The position numbers were made by a program, and so were the translations under genes. A stretch of 64,000 nt of DNA from an uncultured archaeon (GTDB taxonomy: Archaea; Iainarchaeota; Iainarchaeia; Iainarchaeales; Iainarchaeaceae), in NCBI GenBank assembly GCA_964577555.1, contig CAZNZM010000001.1, positions 12,684-76,683 on the forward strand. Direction: 5' to 3'. How positions within the stretch are numbered: the first letter of the stretch is position 1; every line of letters starts with the position of its first letter. Below are positions 27,953 through 38,210 of the stretch, piece by piece. Below the pieces are notes generated by a model. That model ran no database searches. It was not told the origin of the DNA and saw only the letters and a list, made by a program, of their open reading frames with translations.

Positions 27953-30379
27953 ATGAGAAATCAAAATTTACAAGAAAGCAAAAACGAAAAAAACGAATTT
28001 CTATCCATAGAAAAAAAGTGGCAAGCTTATTGGGAAGCGAATAAAATATACAAATTTGACATAAACAAGCCAGACCCTGTTTTTGCGATTGATACGCCTC
28101 CGCCAACCGTTTCAGGCAGAATGCATTTAGGGCATGCATTTTCATATGCGCAAGCAGATTTCATTGCAAGGTATAAAAGAATGTGCGGTTTCAACGTCTT
28201 TTACCCTTTTGGCTTGGATGATAACGGCCTTGCCACTGAAAGGCTTGTTGAAAAAAGCAGGAATATAAGAGCAAAAGATTTTACAAGAGAAAAATTCATA
28301 GAAATTTGTTTGGAAGAAACAAAAAAGTACGAAGACTTGATGATTTCGGATTTCAAAAGCCTTGGTTTGAGCGTTGATTGGGATTTGATTTACAGGACAA
28401 TTGACAATTTGGCAAGAAGAATCAGCCAAAGAAGCTTTATTGAGCTTTACAAAAAAGGCAGGGTTTATAGAAAAGAGGCTCCTTCAATGTGGTGCCCTGA
28501 ATGTGAAACCGCTGTTGCGCAAGCGGAACTTGAAGACATAGAACTTGACAGCACTTTTAATGATATAGTGTTCAAGCTTGAATCTGGCGAAGACTTGATA
28601 ATTGCAACAACCAGACCTGAACTGCTTTCAAGTTGTGTGGCGATTTTTGTAAATCCGGAAGATGAAAGGGCAAAAAAATTGAAAGGCAGAAAAGCCAAAG
28701 TGCCTCTCTTTGATTATTGGGTTCCAATACTAGAAGACAAAAGAGTTGATATGAAAAAAGGCACCGGAATTGTAATGTGCTGCACTTTCGGAGACCAAAC
28801 TGACATGGAATGGTATTTCGCGTACAACCTTCCATTGAGAATAAGTTTTACTTTTGATGGAAAAATGACTGCTTTGGCAAAAGAATTTGCCGGCAAAAGC
28901 ATTAAAGACGCTAGAAAAGAAATAATAAATTCTCTCAAAGCAAAAGGATTGTTGGTTTCACAAAAACCTATACGCCATGCAGTAAAGGTTCATGAAAGAT
29001 GCAAAACAGAAATCGAAATAATGAATACAAAGCAATGGTTCTTAAAATACCTTGACATTAAAAACGAGTTTTTAAAAATGGGAGATCAACTCAATTGGTA
29101 TCCTTACCACATGAAAGTCAGGTACGAGAATTGGATTAAAGGTCTTCAATGGGATTGGAGTCTTTCAAGACAAAGATTTTTCGGAGTGCCTTTTCCAGTA
29201 TGGTATTGCGCAAAATGCGGAGAAACAATAATAGCTGACGAAAGCCAATTGCCTGTTGACCCGCTACAAGACAAACCGCCTTCAAGATGCTTAAGATGCA
29301 AATCAAACGAATACGTTCCTGAAAAGGACGTCCTTGACACGTGGGCTACTTCTTCTCTTACACCACAAATAAACGCCAAGTGGAGAGAAGACCCAGAACT
29401 TTACCGAAAAATATTTCCTATGTCTTTAAGGCCTCAAGCCCATGACATAATAACCTTATGGGCTTTCAACACCATAGTGAAAGCATATTTCCATGCTGGC
29501 AAACTGCCTTGGAATGATATAATGATTTCAGGGCACGCGCTGGACCAAAAAGGCAGAAAAATGTCCAAAAGTCTTGGAAACGTGATTAATCCTGTTGAAA
29601 TGATTGAAAAATACTCGGCCGACATATTGAGATATTGGGCAGGCTCCGGAACACTTGGAGACGACCTGCCATTCCAAGAAAAGGAATTTGTCGCTGGAAA
29701 AAAATTTTTGACAAAAATACGCAATGCAGGAAAATTTGTTTCACAAAATACAAGCGAAGCCAAACTTGAAGATTTTGAAAAAGAAAGAAAAAATCTAAGG
29801 GTTTTGGATAAATGGATTTTAAGCAGGTTTGAAAAAGTAAAAAAAGAAGTGACAGATGCGCTTGAAGTGTACGAGTTTTCCAAAGCACTCTCTGTTTTGA
29901 GAAATTTTTTTTGGCTTGAATTTGCGGATTATTATATAGAAGAAGTAAAACACAGAGTTTATGGAGAAAATAAAAACAAATCATGCAAAATAGTGCTTGC
30001 AAAAATTTTCACGGAATTGCTCAAAATGCTGGCTCCTTTTATTCCTCACACTGCTGAAGAAGTTTTCCAATCAAATTTCAAGGCATTTGCAAAAGAAAAA
30101 TCAATTCATCTTGAACAATGGCCAAACCACGAACCGGAATTAGTTGATTCGGAATCTGAAGCGGCTGGCGAATTGGCAAAAGAAATAATTGGCGAAATCA
30201 GAAAATACAAATCAGAAAAAAACATGGCAATGAACGCGGAAATCCATGAATTCACGCTTGAAAAAAAACCGGATGAAAAATTGTTCAAGCTAATAGAAGA
30301 AGACATAATGGCTGCAATGAATGTCAAAAAAATAATGGTTTTAAATAAAAGTACTGAAAACAAGCCTAAACAAAATTAA
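27953..30379 (+). CDS. valS: Valyl-tRNA synthetase (class I, Ile/Val/Leu subfamily)
   Basis: PPPTVSGRMHLGHAF (HIGH), editing-domain TTRPEL and GTG..M, and KMSKSLGN. The ValRS call rests on the TTRPE and GTG-V motifs. Start taken at the ATG at 27953 (the ORF is listed from a TTG at 27911). Confidence 0.78.
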   Translation: MRNQNLQESKNEKNEFLSIEKKWQAYWEANKIYKFDINKPDPVFAIDTPPPTVSGRMHLGHAFSYAQADFIARYKRMCGFNVFYPFGLDDNGLATERLVEKSRNIRAKDFTREKFIEICLEETKKYEDLMISDFKSLGLSVDWDLIYRTIDNLARRISQRSFIELYKKGRVYRKEAPSMWCPECETAVAQAELEDIELDSTFNDIVFKLESGEDLIIATTRPELLSSCVAIFVNPEDERAKKLKGRKAKVPLFDYWVPILEDKRVDMKKGTGIVMCCTFGDQTDMEWYFAYNLPLRISFTFDGKMTALAKEFAGKSIKDARKEIINSLKAKGLLVSQKPIRHAVKVHERCKTEIEIMNTKQWFLKYLDIKNEFLKMGDQLNWYPYHMKVRYENWIKGLQWDWSLSRQRFFGVPFPVWYCAKCGETIIADESQLPVDPLQDKPPSRCLRCKSNEYVPEKDVLDTWATSSLTPQINAKWREDPELYRKIFPMSLRPQAHDIITLWAFNTIVKAYFHAGKLPWNDIMISGHALDQKGRKMSKSLGNVINPVEMIEKYSADILRYWAGSGTLGDDLPFQEKEFVAGKKFLTKIRNAGKFVSQNTSEAKLEDFEKERKNLRVLDKWILSRFEKVKKEVTDALEVYEFSKALSVLRNFFWLEFADYYIEEVKHRVYGENKNKSCKIVLAKIFTELLKMLAPFIPHTAEEVFQSNFKAFAKEKSIHLEQWPNHEPELVDSESEAAGELAKEIIGEIRKYKSEKNMAMNAEIHEFTLEKKPDEKLFKLIEEDIMAAMNVKKIMVLNKSTENKPKQN

Positions 30380-30533
30380 ATAAAAAAAAGATCGCGGAAA
30401 AGCCCAAAAACAGAGCTTCATAAAAACTATTTTTGTGAAAAAAATAGAGATTGACATTATTCTAACAATTTACACAGACAATTTACAATTTATTAATTTT
30501 ATATATAAATAACAATAACATTACTAACATATT

Positions 30534-31016
30534 ATGCCTATACCAACTCCAGGACACAAACTTATAAAACCTAAACCTAACCCAAAAACAAGGCAACAAA
30601 TGTTAAGAATTTTGTTTGGGGAAGTAATGGACCTTATACCTAGACGACAGACTCCATATGGAGATTACGCACATTTAAGGTGGGATCTTAATAAACTTAT
30701 TTTTTTAATGAATGAACAATTAGCAAAAAGAGGCACCAAACCGTCCGAATTATCACCAAGACAATTGGCTGACCTAGTTGGCGAAATTCTGGATGGCTTT
30801 AATCGTCTTGTTAAGCCTAGACGTAGAGTAAAAATTCTGACTATTACAGAAAATATTTTTAAGATAAGAAAAGCGATGGAAGTAATAAAGCGCAGCCGAA
30901 GAACGCCACAAGAATTGTCTGAGGAGCAGCATAAAGCATTGTCTAAATTAAAAAATGAACTGCGTGAAGAACAAAAAAAATTTCTTGATATTATTGGAAG
31001 TTGGAATAAGTCTTAA
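30534..31016 (+). CDS. Hypothetical basic protein with atypical Arg-codon usage
   Basis: 160-aa ORF. Uses CGT/CGA/CGC Arg codons that are rare elsewhere in the window. Flanked by short direct repeats. No family recognised. Confidence 0.35.
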   Translation: MPIPTPGHKLIKPKPNPKTRQQMLRILFGEVMDLIPRRQTPYGDYAHLRWDLNKLIFLMNEQLAKRGTKPSELSPRQLADLVGEILDGFNRLVKPRRRVKILTITENIFKIRKAMEVIKRSRRTPQELSEEQHKALSKLKNELREEQKKFLDIIGSWNKS

Positions 31017-31131
31017 CAAGCTTTTATACTTTTATACTTTATTTGTCTGAGTGGAATTTAAATAATAAAATTCAAATGCTGCAACACAACAACCCATTCA
31101 ATTTAAATTATTTCAAAATAATAAATTATAG

Positions 31132-31662
31132 ATGAAAAAACTAGCCAATATTCCGGTTTTGATTGGAATTGTAATAATAGCGTTTTTTCTAATGAATTAT
31201 TTTGGAATTTTACAATTTGGCAATTCGGCTCTTGAAAAAATAGACAAAAAATACGGGATAGGAGTTGGACGGCTTGCTCCTGCAACAGAATCGGAAATTT
31301 TGTCTTATAAAAAAGAAATAAAATCGGTTTTTACGCTGACGTCTGAAGAAAAAGAATTGCAAAAAATAAAGCTTTTGCTTGCTGACATGCAATTGTCTCT
31401 CTTATTTTTTGCAGAACACAGGAAAAACTTTAACCCTATTGATGTGCCTTGTGGAACTTATACTGAATATGGCAAGGCAAAAACCGAACTTGAAAAAGCC
31501 ATTAATTATGCTTCTGCAATAAAAAATAGCAGTGCAAAAATAAAGCAACAAAAAATAGGGGTTTTGGATTCAGCATATCTTGAAGACACTGTTTCCCAAG
31601 CGATTTCAGACCTTGAAAAAAGATACGAATCACTTAAAAAAATTTGCAACACAAAAGCATGA
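31132..31662 (+). CDS. Hypothetical protein with an N-terminal membrane anchor
   Basis: 176-aa ORF with one N-terminal TM then a helical domain. Stop lies 4 nt before the bud32 start. Confidence 0.4.
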   Translation: MKKLANIPVLIGIVIIAFFLMNYFGILQFGNSALEKIDKKYGIGVGRLAPATESEILSYKKEIKSVFTLTSEEKELQKIKLLLADMQLSLLFFAEHRKNFNPIDVPCGTYTEYGKAKTELEKAINYASAIKNSSAKIKQQKIGVLDSAYLEDTVSQAISDLEKRYESLKKICNTKA

Positions 31663-31666
31663 TTCT

Positions 31667-32278
31667 ATGAACGTAATAAAAGAAGGAGCAGAAGCCAAAA
31701 TTTTTAAAATCGATTTTTTTGGTTTCAAAGCAGTGAATAAATTGCGAGTAAGCAAAGAGTACAGGGAAAAAACGCTTGATTGCAAAATTCTTTTGGAACG
31801 GCTTCGCACAGAATGTTCATTGATTCATAAGGCTAAAAAAGCTGGGGTTAGAACGCCTTTGATTTTTGATATAAACAAAAAAAAACTTTCAATTACAATG
31901 GAATTTATCAAAGGAAAAACAATGAAAGAAATGCTTTTGGAAAATCCGGAAAATTCTGGAATTTTTTGTGCAGAAGCTGGGAAAATTATTTCAAAACTGC
32001 ATTGTTTTGGCATTATACATGGCGATTTGACTACAAGCAATTTTATATGTTCAAGCCATGGGCTCGTTCTTTCGGATTTTGGCTTGGGTTATTTTTCAAA
32101 AAAAACGGAAGACATGGCTGCTGATTTGGTTTGCTTCAAAAAAAGTTTTATGTCAACCCATTATAATTTGGTTGAAAATTGGTTTTTGATTGAAAAAGAG
32201 TATGAAAAATTTTTTCCGATGGCAAAAGAGGTTTTTAACAGAATGAAAAATATTGAAGCAAGGGCAAGATACTACTAA
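31667..32278 (+). CDS. bud32: Bud32/PRPK atypical kinase (KEOPS subunit)
   Basis: IKEGAEAKIF, catalytic HGDLTTSNF, DFGL and truncated RIO-like kinase length. Start taken at the MNVIKEG Met. Confidence 0.78.
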   Translation: MNVIKEGAEAKIFKIDFFGFKAVNKLRVSKEYREKTLDCKILLERLRTECSLIHKAKKAGVRTPLIFDINKKKLSITMEFIKGKTMKEMLLENPENSGIFCAEAGKIISKLHCFGIIHGDLTTSNFICSSHGLVLSDFGLGYFSKKTEDMAADLVCFKKSFMSTHYNLVENWFLIEKEYEKFFPMAKEVFNRMKNIEARARYY

Positions 32279-32621
32279 AAAATATGACATTGACAGAACC
32301 AATTTAAAGAATAAAAAAACAATGGTGCAAAAACAAAAAATGTTTTTACTACTTTATTAAAAAATCCTTTTTAGAAGTGTGGCTTGAAAATCATGGCATT
32401 TTAAACAAACAAAAAAATGCAAATTGGCTTGGTCTTTCAAGATTTCTTGAAGCTTATCCTAATTTGCGACAAAAACGCTTTTCTGCAAATTCTGGTATTT
32501 AAAATAAAAAACCAATGTTTTTAATTGTTTCTGTGGAATGCTAAATAATCCTAATATTTTTATTTCTGGCTTTTTCGCACCGTTAGGGCGGAACGGCAAA
32601 AAGAATTGGGTTGGATATTTC

Positions 32622-33068
32622 ATGGTTAAAGAAGTGAAAGACAAGAAAAAGGAAAACAGCAAATCAAAAGGTAAAGCAGGTAATCTTGTTGAACATTCGC
32701 CTGATGAAATCATAAAAACAATTGTAGAACTTTCCAAGTCAGGAATGACTGCAGCGGAAATAGGCATGGTATTGAGAGATAGTTATGGCGTGCCAAGTGT
32801 GAAAAAAGTTGTTGGAAAGAGAATAGAACAAATTTTGGGTGAAAAGGGGCTTTTGCCTGATATGCCGAGGGATTTGCTTAATCTTATCAGAAAGTCGGTG
32901 TTTTTGTATAGGCATATGAAAGCAAACAAGCATGATGCTACTGCCAAAAGGGGTTATATACTTACTGTGAGTAAGATAAGAAGGCTTACCAATTATTATA
33001 TCAAAGCCGGCAAATTGAACAAGGATTGGAGATATACTCCTGAAGCTGCAGAGCTTTTAGTGAAGTGA
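32622..33068 (+). CDS. rps15: Ribosomal protein uS15 (S13e)
   Basis: Archaeal uS15 with an N-terminal extension (HSPDEI...SGMTAAEIG) and C-terminal S15 helices (YIKAGKL..DWRY). Start taken at the Met at 32622. Confidence 0.82.
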   Translation: MVKEVKDKKKENSKSKGKAGNLVEHSPDEIIKTIVELSKSGMTAAEIGMVLRDSYGVPSVKKVVGKRIEQILGEKGLLPDMPRDLLNLIRKSVFLYRHMKANKHDATAKRGYILTVSKIRRLTNYYIKAGKLNKDWRYTPEAAELLVK

Positions 33069-33074
33069 TGTTTA

Positions 33075-33707
33075 ATGGCAAAAGAAGTAAAGGAACAGAA
33101 AAAAGAAGGAGCTGTTGCAAAGCCTCAACAGAAGACAAGAAAAAAAAGTGTGGATAAGTGGAAAAAGAAAAGTTGGTACACTATTATAGCTCCTGAAGAG
33201 TTTGAAAGAAAGGAGTTAGGAGAAACTATTTCCGAAAAGCCTGAAAATGTTGTAGGCAGAGTAGTTAATATTACTGCTGGGGAACTTGCAAACCAACCTA
33301 AAAAGAGCCATATTCACATAAAATTCAAGGTTGTGAATGTAACCGCAAATAAAGCGCACGCCGAGGCTGTTGGGCACATTATTAAAGACACTTATTTAAA
33401 GAGAATTATAAGGAGAAGGTCAAGCAAAATAATGATTGTTGGCAATTATGCGTCAAAAGATAAAAAGAATTTTTCTGTAAAAACGATAATTGTAACGGAA
33501 AAAAAGGCTTCTAACAGACAAAAAGCAAGTATTTTAAAGAAAGCCAACAAGATAGTTGCAAAATTCGTGAGTAACCTTGAATCAAGAAAAGTTGTAGAAG
33601 AGCTTGTCTTTGGCAATTTGCCGAACAAAATTTTTCCGGAAATCAAAAAAATCGTGCCTATTAAAAGAATTGAAATAGTCAATTCGGCTTTGATCAAGGC
33701 AAAGTGA
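33075..33707 (+). CDS. rps3ae: Ribosomal protein eS1 (S3Ae)
   Basis: VDKWKKKSWYTIIAPEEF N-terminal signature of S3Ae. Confidence 0.88.
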   Translation: MAKEVKEQKKEGAVAKPQQKTRKKSVDKWKKKSWYTIIAPEEFERKELGETISEKPENVVGRVVNITAGELANQPKKSHIHIKFKVVNVTANKAHAEAVGHIIKDTYLKRIIRRRSSKIMIVGNYASKDKKNFSVKTIIVTEKKASNRQKASILKKANKIVAKFVSNLESRKVVEELVFGNLPNKIFPEIKKIVPIKRIEIVNSALIKAK

Positions 33708-33711
33708 TTCA

Positions 33712-34389
33712 ATGCTTTCATTGAACCCTGAATTTTTTTTGGTAATAGTAATAATAGCGACTTTTGCTTTTTTTGCAACAATAAAAAAACTTTTGGATGG
33801 CACTGGAATTATTTTCTCTGCCATGATCGGGCTTGCAGCATATTTCAAAGGAGGCCTCGTGGCTTTCGGGGTTCTTCTTATAATTTATGCAATTGCAGAA
33901 GCTGCAACCAGCATTGCAAAAGCGAAAGGAAAGCATCATCAACAAAGAGAAGTTGGAAATATTTTTGGAAATACAGTTCCTGCAATAGTCGGATTGTTGG
34001 CCGGTAGCCCTTTGGCTTTTTTTGGGGCTTCGGCGTCTGCCCTTTCAGACACTGTTTCTTCGGAAATTGGTTCAGCTTCAACGAAAAAACCGGTTTTAAT
34101 AACCACTTTTAAGCCTGTTGATTTTGGAACTGACGGTGGAATAACTCTTATAGGGACAATTGCGGGTGTCGTTGCTTCTTTTGCAATAGCTTTTATTTAT
34201 TTTATAACAGTTTCCAATTCCTTGAAGCATTTTGGAATAATATTTGCTTCAGGTGTTTTGGGAAATATTATTGACAGCATTATTGGAGCCACATTGCAAC
34301 GCAACGGCTTTTTAACCAATAATCAGGTTAATTTCATTGCGAATTCAATTGCAGGAATAATCGCGTTTATAATTCAAAGCACTATTTAG
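33712..34389 (+). CDS. DUF92/TMEM19-family integral membrane protein
   Basis: Polytopic. SDTVSSEIGS and GNIIDSIIGATLQ motifs typical of DUF92. Confidence 0.55.
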   Translation: MLSLNPEFFLVIVIIATFAFFATIKKLLDGTGIIFSAMIGLAAYFKGGLVAFGVLLIIYAIAEAATSIAKAKGKHHQQREVGNIFGNTVPAIVGLLAGSPLAFFGASASALSDTVSSEIGSASTKKPVLITTFKPVDFGTDGGITLIGTIAGVVASFAIAFIYFITVSNSLKHFGIIFASGVLGNIIDSIIGATLQRNGFLTNNQVNFIANSIAGIIAFIIQSTI

Positions 34390-34392
34390 CAG

Positions 34393-35382
34393 TCATTTAA
34401 ATTGTATTGAATGGCTTGATTTGATTGAAGATATTATGCCTGAACCGAATGCCTTTCCTGAAGAGAAAAGCAGGTCAGCAAAGCTGAATTTCTTTTCGCC
34501 GTAATAAACAGGGTTTGGGTCTTCAAGCCCTGCAAGTTCACCCACCCTTTTAATGGAATGATTTTTCTGCACTAGTTCGTCAACGAGTTTGGCTGAAAAT
34601 GCCTGTCTTCCGCTTAATATTCTTCCGTCTGCAACCTTGTCAAAATCTATTTCATTCATTTTGCCTTTTCTGAAAGAAAGCACATCAGCCTTGAATTTTT
34701 CGTAGGTTTCGCTTAATATTTTTTGAATCATGGCTTTTTCCTTGTCGTCAGGGTCTTTAAATGGGCTCATGATGTCTTTGTAATTCCCTTCTTTGATTAC
34801 ATTGAATTTTACTCCGATGTTTTCAAGCAGTTTTTGGAAGTTTGGAAAAATTGATATTACTCCTATGCTTCCTGTTATTGAATCCTCGTCAGCCATTATG
34901 TGGTTGGTTGCTGAAGCCACATAATAGCCTCCTGAAGCACCAATAGAGTTTATGTAAGAGTAAACAGGTTTTTTTGATTCTCTTATTTTGTAAACTATTT
35001 GTTTTGTTGCAACAACTTCCCCGCCGGGACTGTCAATATCAATGAGTATTGCCCCAATGGATGGGTCGTTGTTTGCTTTGTCTATCAAATCGCCTATTTC
35101 TTCTGCAGAAAGCCTTCCATCGTAATCATCCCTGCCACTGAATATTTCTCCATACAAAGGAATGACTGCTATATTATTGGGTTTCAAGCCCAGTTGTGGC
35201 AAACTAGAAAAGAGTATAGAAATCAATAAAATGAAAAGTATGAAAAGCGCTGCAATGCCAACAATGCTGGCAACCAATATTTTCCAATTGAATTTTTTGT
35301 CACAGACCAAGTCTTGATTGGCTTGTTGGATTTTGGTTTTTATTGCCATGATTATACTTCCCAAAAAAAACTTTTTAATCAA
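34393..35382 (-). CDS. sppA: Signal peptide peptidase SppA (S49 family), membrane-anchored
   Basis: N-terminal TM. ClpP/crotonase fold. IAVIPLYGEI, DSPGG, SGGYYVA and SIGVIS motifs. Confidence 0.85.
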   Translation of the reverse strand: MIKKFFLGSIIMAIKTKIQQANQDLVCDKKFNWKILVASIVGIAALFILFILLISILFSSLPQLGLKPNNIAVIPLYGEIFSGRDDYDGRLSAEEIGDLIDKANNDPSIGAILIDIDSPGGEVVATKQIVYKIRESKKPVYSYINSIGASGGYYVASATNHIMADEDSITGSIGVISIFPNFQKLLENIGVKFNVIKEGNYKDIMSPFKDPDDKEKAMIQKILSETYEKFKADVLSFRKGKMNEIDFDKVADGRILSGRQAFSAKLVDELVQKNHSIKRVGELAGLEDPNPVYYGEKKFSFADLLFSSGKAFGSGIISSIKSSHSIQFK

Positions 35383-35448
35383 TTATTAATCAAATTATTA
35401 AATTATTGACTCATAATAGTTTATAATACATGCCAAAGAAATTTTTAA

Positions 35449-35967
35449 TTGAGAAACATGATTGATTTTGTCAAATTGATTTTTTATGTTGCGCCAATGT
35501 ATTTTGCAAACAGCACTGCAATGCTTTTTGGAGGCAAAACCCCGATAGATTTTGGGGTAAAATTTATTGATAAAAAACCTTTGTTCGGCAAAGGAAAAAC
35601 AATAAAAGGAACTTTAATTGGAATTGTTTGCGGCTCGTTCGCTGGACTGATTATTTCAATTTTTTATAAAAACGAAATTAGCATGTTGTTCACGAATTAT
35701 TTTTTGTTTTCAATATTAACGTCCATTGGAGCCATTATCGGAGACATTATCGGGAGTTTTATTAAGAGAAGGCTTGGAATTGATTCTGGAAAAGAGGCGT
35801 TTATACTTGACCAACTTGATTTTATAATTGGCGGAATTGTATTTGGTTTGGCTGTCTATTCGCCGAGCGCTTTGGAAATTGCTTTTATTTGCGTAGCTAC
35901 AATTATAATACACAAAGTTTCAAATTGGATAGCATACAAAGCCAATTTAAAAAAGGTGCCATGGTGA
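35449..35967 (+). CDS. carS: CDP-archaeol synthase CarS (DUF46)
   Basis: About 170-aa 5-TM protein. GDIIGSFIKRRLG and LDQLDF motifs match the CarS cytidylyltransferase family. Confidence 0.62.
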   Translation: MRNMIDFVKLIFYVAPMYFANSTAMLFGGKTPIDFGVKFIDKKPLFGKGKTIKGTLIGIVCGSFAGLIISIFYKNEISMLFTNYFLFSILTSIGAIIGDIIGSFIKRRLGIDSGKEAFILDQLDFIIGGIVFGLAVYSPSALEIAFICVATIIIHKVSNWIAYKANLKKVPW

Positions 35968-36551
35968 CAGAAAAAAAAATGCGATGGGCTGTGAAAATAG
36001 ATGAGCCAGAAACAAAAAAAGAAAAAGAATTCTCGGAATTTTTGGACAAATACACTAAAAATTATTTTTGGATTGAAAAAAGAGAGGCTTTTTTTATTCT
36101 AAAATTTTTTGCAATATTTTTGATTTTGGAATTGGCTTTGCACATTATCGGTTTTGAACAGTTGCAAAACATGATTGCAAAAAGTCAAGCCAAAGTATTT
36201 AATCTCGTGTCTGAAGGAAATAATATTTTTCTTGATGCAGGAGTTTTTGAAATAAATCCTTCATGCACCGGGCTTGTAAGCGGAATAATATTGGCTGCAA
36301 TAATTTTTTCTTTGAAGAAGCCTGATTTGCCAAAAAAAATTTTTATATTGATTTCTGGTTCTTTGGTTCTTTTCGTGATTAATTATTTCAGAGTATTGAT
36401 TGTTATTTGGGCTGGAATTGAATTTGGCATGCAGGCAGCTGAAGCTGTTCATGTAGTTTCCTGGTTTTCAACGACTTTTTTCGTTTTTGGGGCATGGTAT
36501 TACTTCACAAAGCTTGTAAGCGGTGCAAAGAATTTTGACGATTTTATTTAA
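35961..36551 (+). CDS. Exosortase/archaeosortase-like membrane protein (putative, short)
   Basis: Polytopic protein with a Cys in an INPSCTGLVSG context, reminiscent of the exosortase CSG active-site motif. Weak call. Confidence 0.3.
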   Translation: MVTEKKMRWAVKIDEPETKKEKEFSEFLDKYTKNYFWIEKREAFFILKFFAIFLILELALHIIGFEQLQNMIAKSQAKVFNLVSEGNNIFLDAGVFEINPSCTGLVSGIILAAIIFSLKKPDLPKKIFILISGSLVLFVINYFRVLIVIWAGIEFGMQAAEAVHVVSWFSTTFFVFGAWYYFTKLVSGAKNFDDFI

Positions 36552-36578
36552 ACAACAAATAATCTGGATTAGTTGTTT

Positions 36579-38210
36579 TTATTTTCTTGTTTTTAATATG
36601 TGTTCAGCCACTACTGAAAATGCTGGCCTGCTTATTAGTACTCCTACAAGAATTCCAAGCATTTCAGTAATGGCAAAGCCTGCTAATTTGCCAAAGCCTT
36701 GAGAAGAAAAAATTATTAATGGAAACAGAGCTGCTCCTGTTGTCATTGCAGCAGCTACTACTATGAAAAACGCTTTTTTTATCCTGTTGGTATAAGTTAT
36801 TTCCGAGGTTGCTGTGCCTCCTTTGAGAAGCTCATCAAGTATGACTATTTGGTCGTTAAGCCCTGTTCCTACAGCGGCTATTATGCCTGTAACACTTGAA
36901 AGATCAAATCTCACTTTAATAAGAATGGCTACTCCAACAGTGATTATGACTTCGCTTATGCCAATAAATATTATTGGCAAGGCAAGGTATGGTTTTTTGT
37001 ACCTTAAGAAAATTAACAGTGCAACAGAGATAATCGCAACTATTCCTATTAAAAAACTGGTTTTCAAAAATTCTTGTCCTAAAGTCGGCGATATTGTTTC
37101 TTTTGAAATGCTTTCTATTCCTATTGGCAATGAACCTGTTTCAAGTAAAATATTGAGTTCTTTGAGTTCTTTTTCTGCTCCTTCCGAGGTTTCCGAAAAG
37201 CCTCTTATGTAAATTTGTGCATTAATGCGGGCGTCTTTTACATTTTCTATATAAGGTTCAAACCCTGTTATTTCCGGAGTTAGAGCAATTATTTGTCGTG
37301 CTCCTAGCGCTGTCCAAACCCATGGCACTTTGTCTTTTTCATCAACAGGTTCTACAATTTTGTAGCCGAATTCGGCTAATTTTTTCTTGATTTCTGGTGA
37401 TATTGAAGGGTGAACCACTGCTTTTTTCTTTTTTGTTGCAAGTTCTTTTATTTCCTCAATTTGGGAACCTGCAAATGTGTTTGAGTCAGGAATTATGAAA
37501 TAAGGCACTCCAGAGTTTTGCAACAAAAGATCAACGCTTTGTTCTTTGGGGATGTTTTCTGAAGGATTGCCTTCTGCCATCAATGCCGAATCTGATGAAA
37601 AAACGCTTTGGGTAATTATTATTATGCCATCAAAAGGCCTGTCAATGAAAAAGTAAGTGTCTTCACAATCATAAGTAGAACCTGAATTTGGGTCGTATCC
37701 TGTTGGAGTACATTTGTGGAAGATTTTTTTTGAAAAGTTTTCAGCGGCTTGTTGGCTAAGCGTAAAAGGCAATCTCCATTCGTATCCTCCTTGAACTTTT
37801 AAAAGCCCGTACCCTGTTGCAGGATCTTTTGATATTTGTTTTATATCGGAACCTGCAAAAAGTACGTTGCCGTCAAGCATTGCTTCGAACTTGGCTTGGG
37901 TTTTTAAAATGGATTCTATTTCTGCAACATTCTTTGGATCTGTTTCGGCTATTTGCACTCCGACCAAATCAGGCCCAAGCGAATTTACTCTTGAATCCTT
38001 GAGGCCGAATTTATCAACTCTGTTGGAAATAAGAGAGGTAACGCGAGCCATGTCGTCAGGTGAAACTTTTTCTTCAAGTTTTATCGTGAAATATGTTCCG
38101 CCTGTGAATTCTATTCCATAATCTGGACCTTGAAAATTTATAAGGAAAAACGAAAAGAAAAGAGCTAATATAAAAAGTACTATTCTCCAATTTGAAATAA
38201 GCTGTTTCAT
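36579..38210 (-). CDS. secD: Protein-export membrane protein SecD
   Basis: 543 aa. N-terminal TM, a large periplasmic-type domain and C-terminal 5-TM RND-like bundle. Follows secF with a 4-bp overlap. Confidence 0.85.
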   Translation of the reverse strand: MKQLISNWRIVLFILALFFSFFLINFQGPDYGIEFTGGTYFTIKLEEKVSPDDMARVTSLISNRVDKFGLKDSRVNSLGPDLVGVQIAETDPKNVAEIESILKTQAKFEAMLDGNVLFAGSDIKQISKDPATGYGLLKVQGGYEWRLPFTLSQQAAENFSKKIFHKCTPTGYDPNSGSTYDCEDTYFFIDRPFDGIIIITQSVFSSDSALMAEGNPSENIPKEQSVDLLLQNSGVPYFIIPDSNTFAGSQIEEIKELATKKKKAVVHPSISPEIKKKLAEFGYKIVEPVDEKDKVPWVWTALGARQIIALTPEITGFEPYIENVKDARINAQIYIRGFSETSEGAEKELKELNILLETGSLPIGIESISKETISPTLGQEFLKTSFLIGIVAIISVALLIFLRYKKPYLALPIIFIGISEVIITVGVAILIKVRFDLSSVTGIIAAVGTGLNDQIVILDELLKGGTATSEITYTNRIKKAFFIVVAAAMTTGAALFPLIIFSSQGFGKLAGFAITEMLGILVGVLISRPAFSVVAEHILKTRK

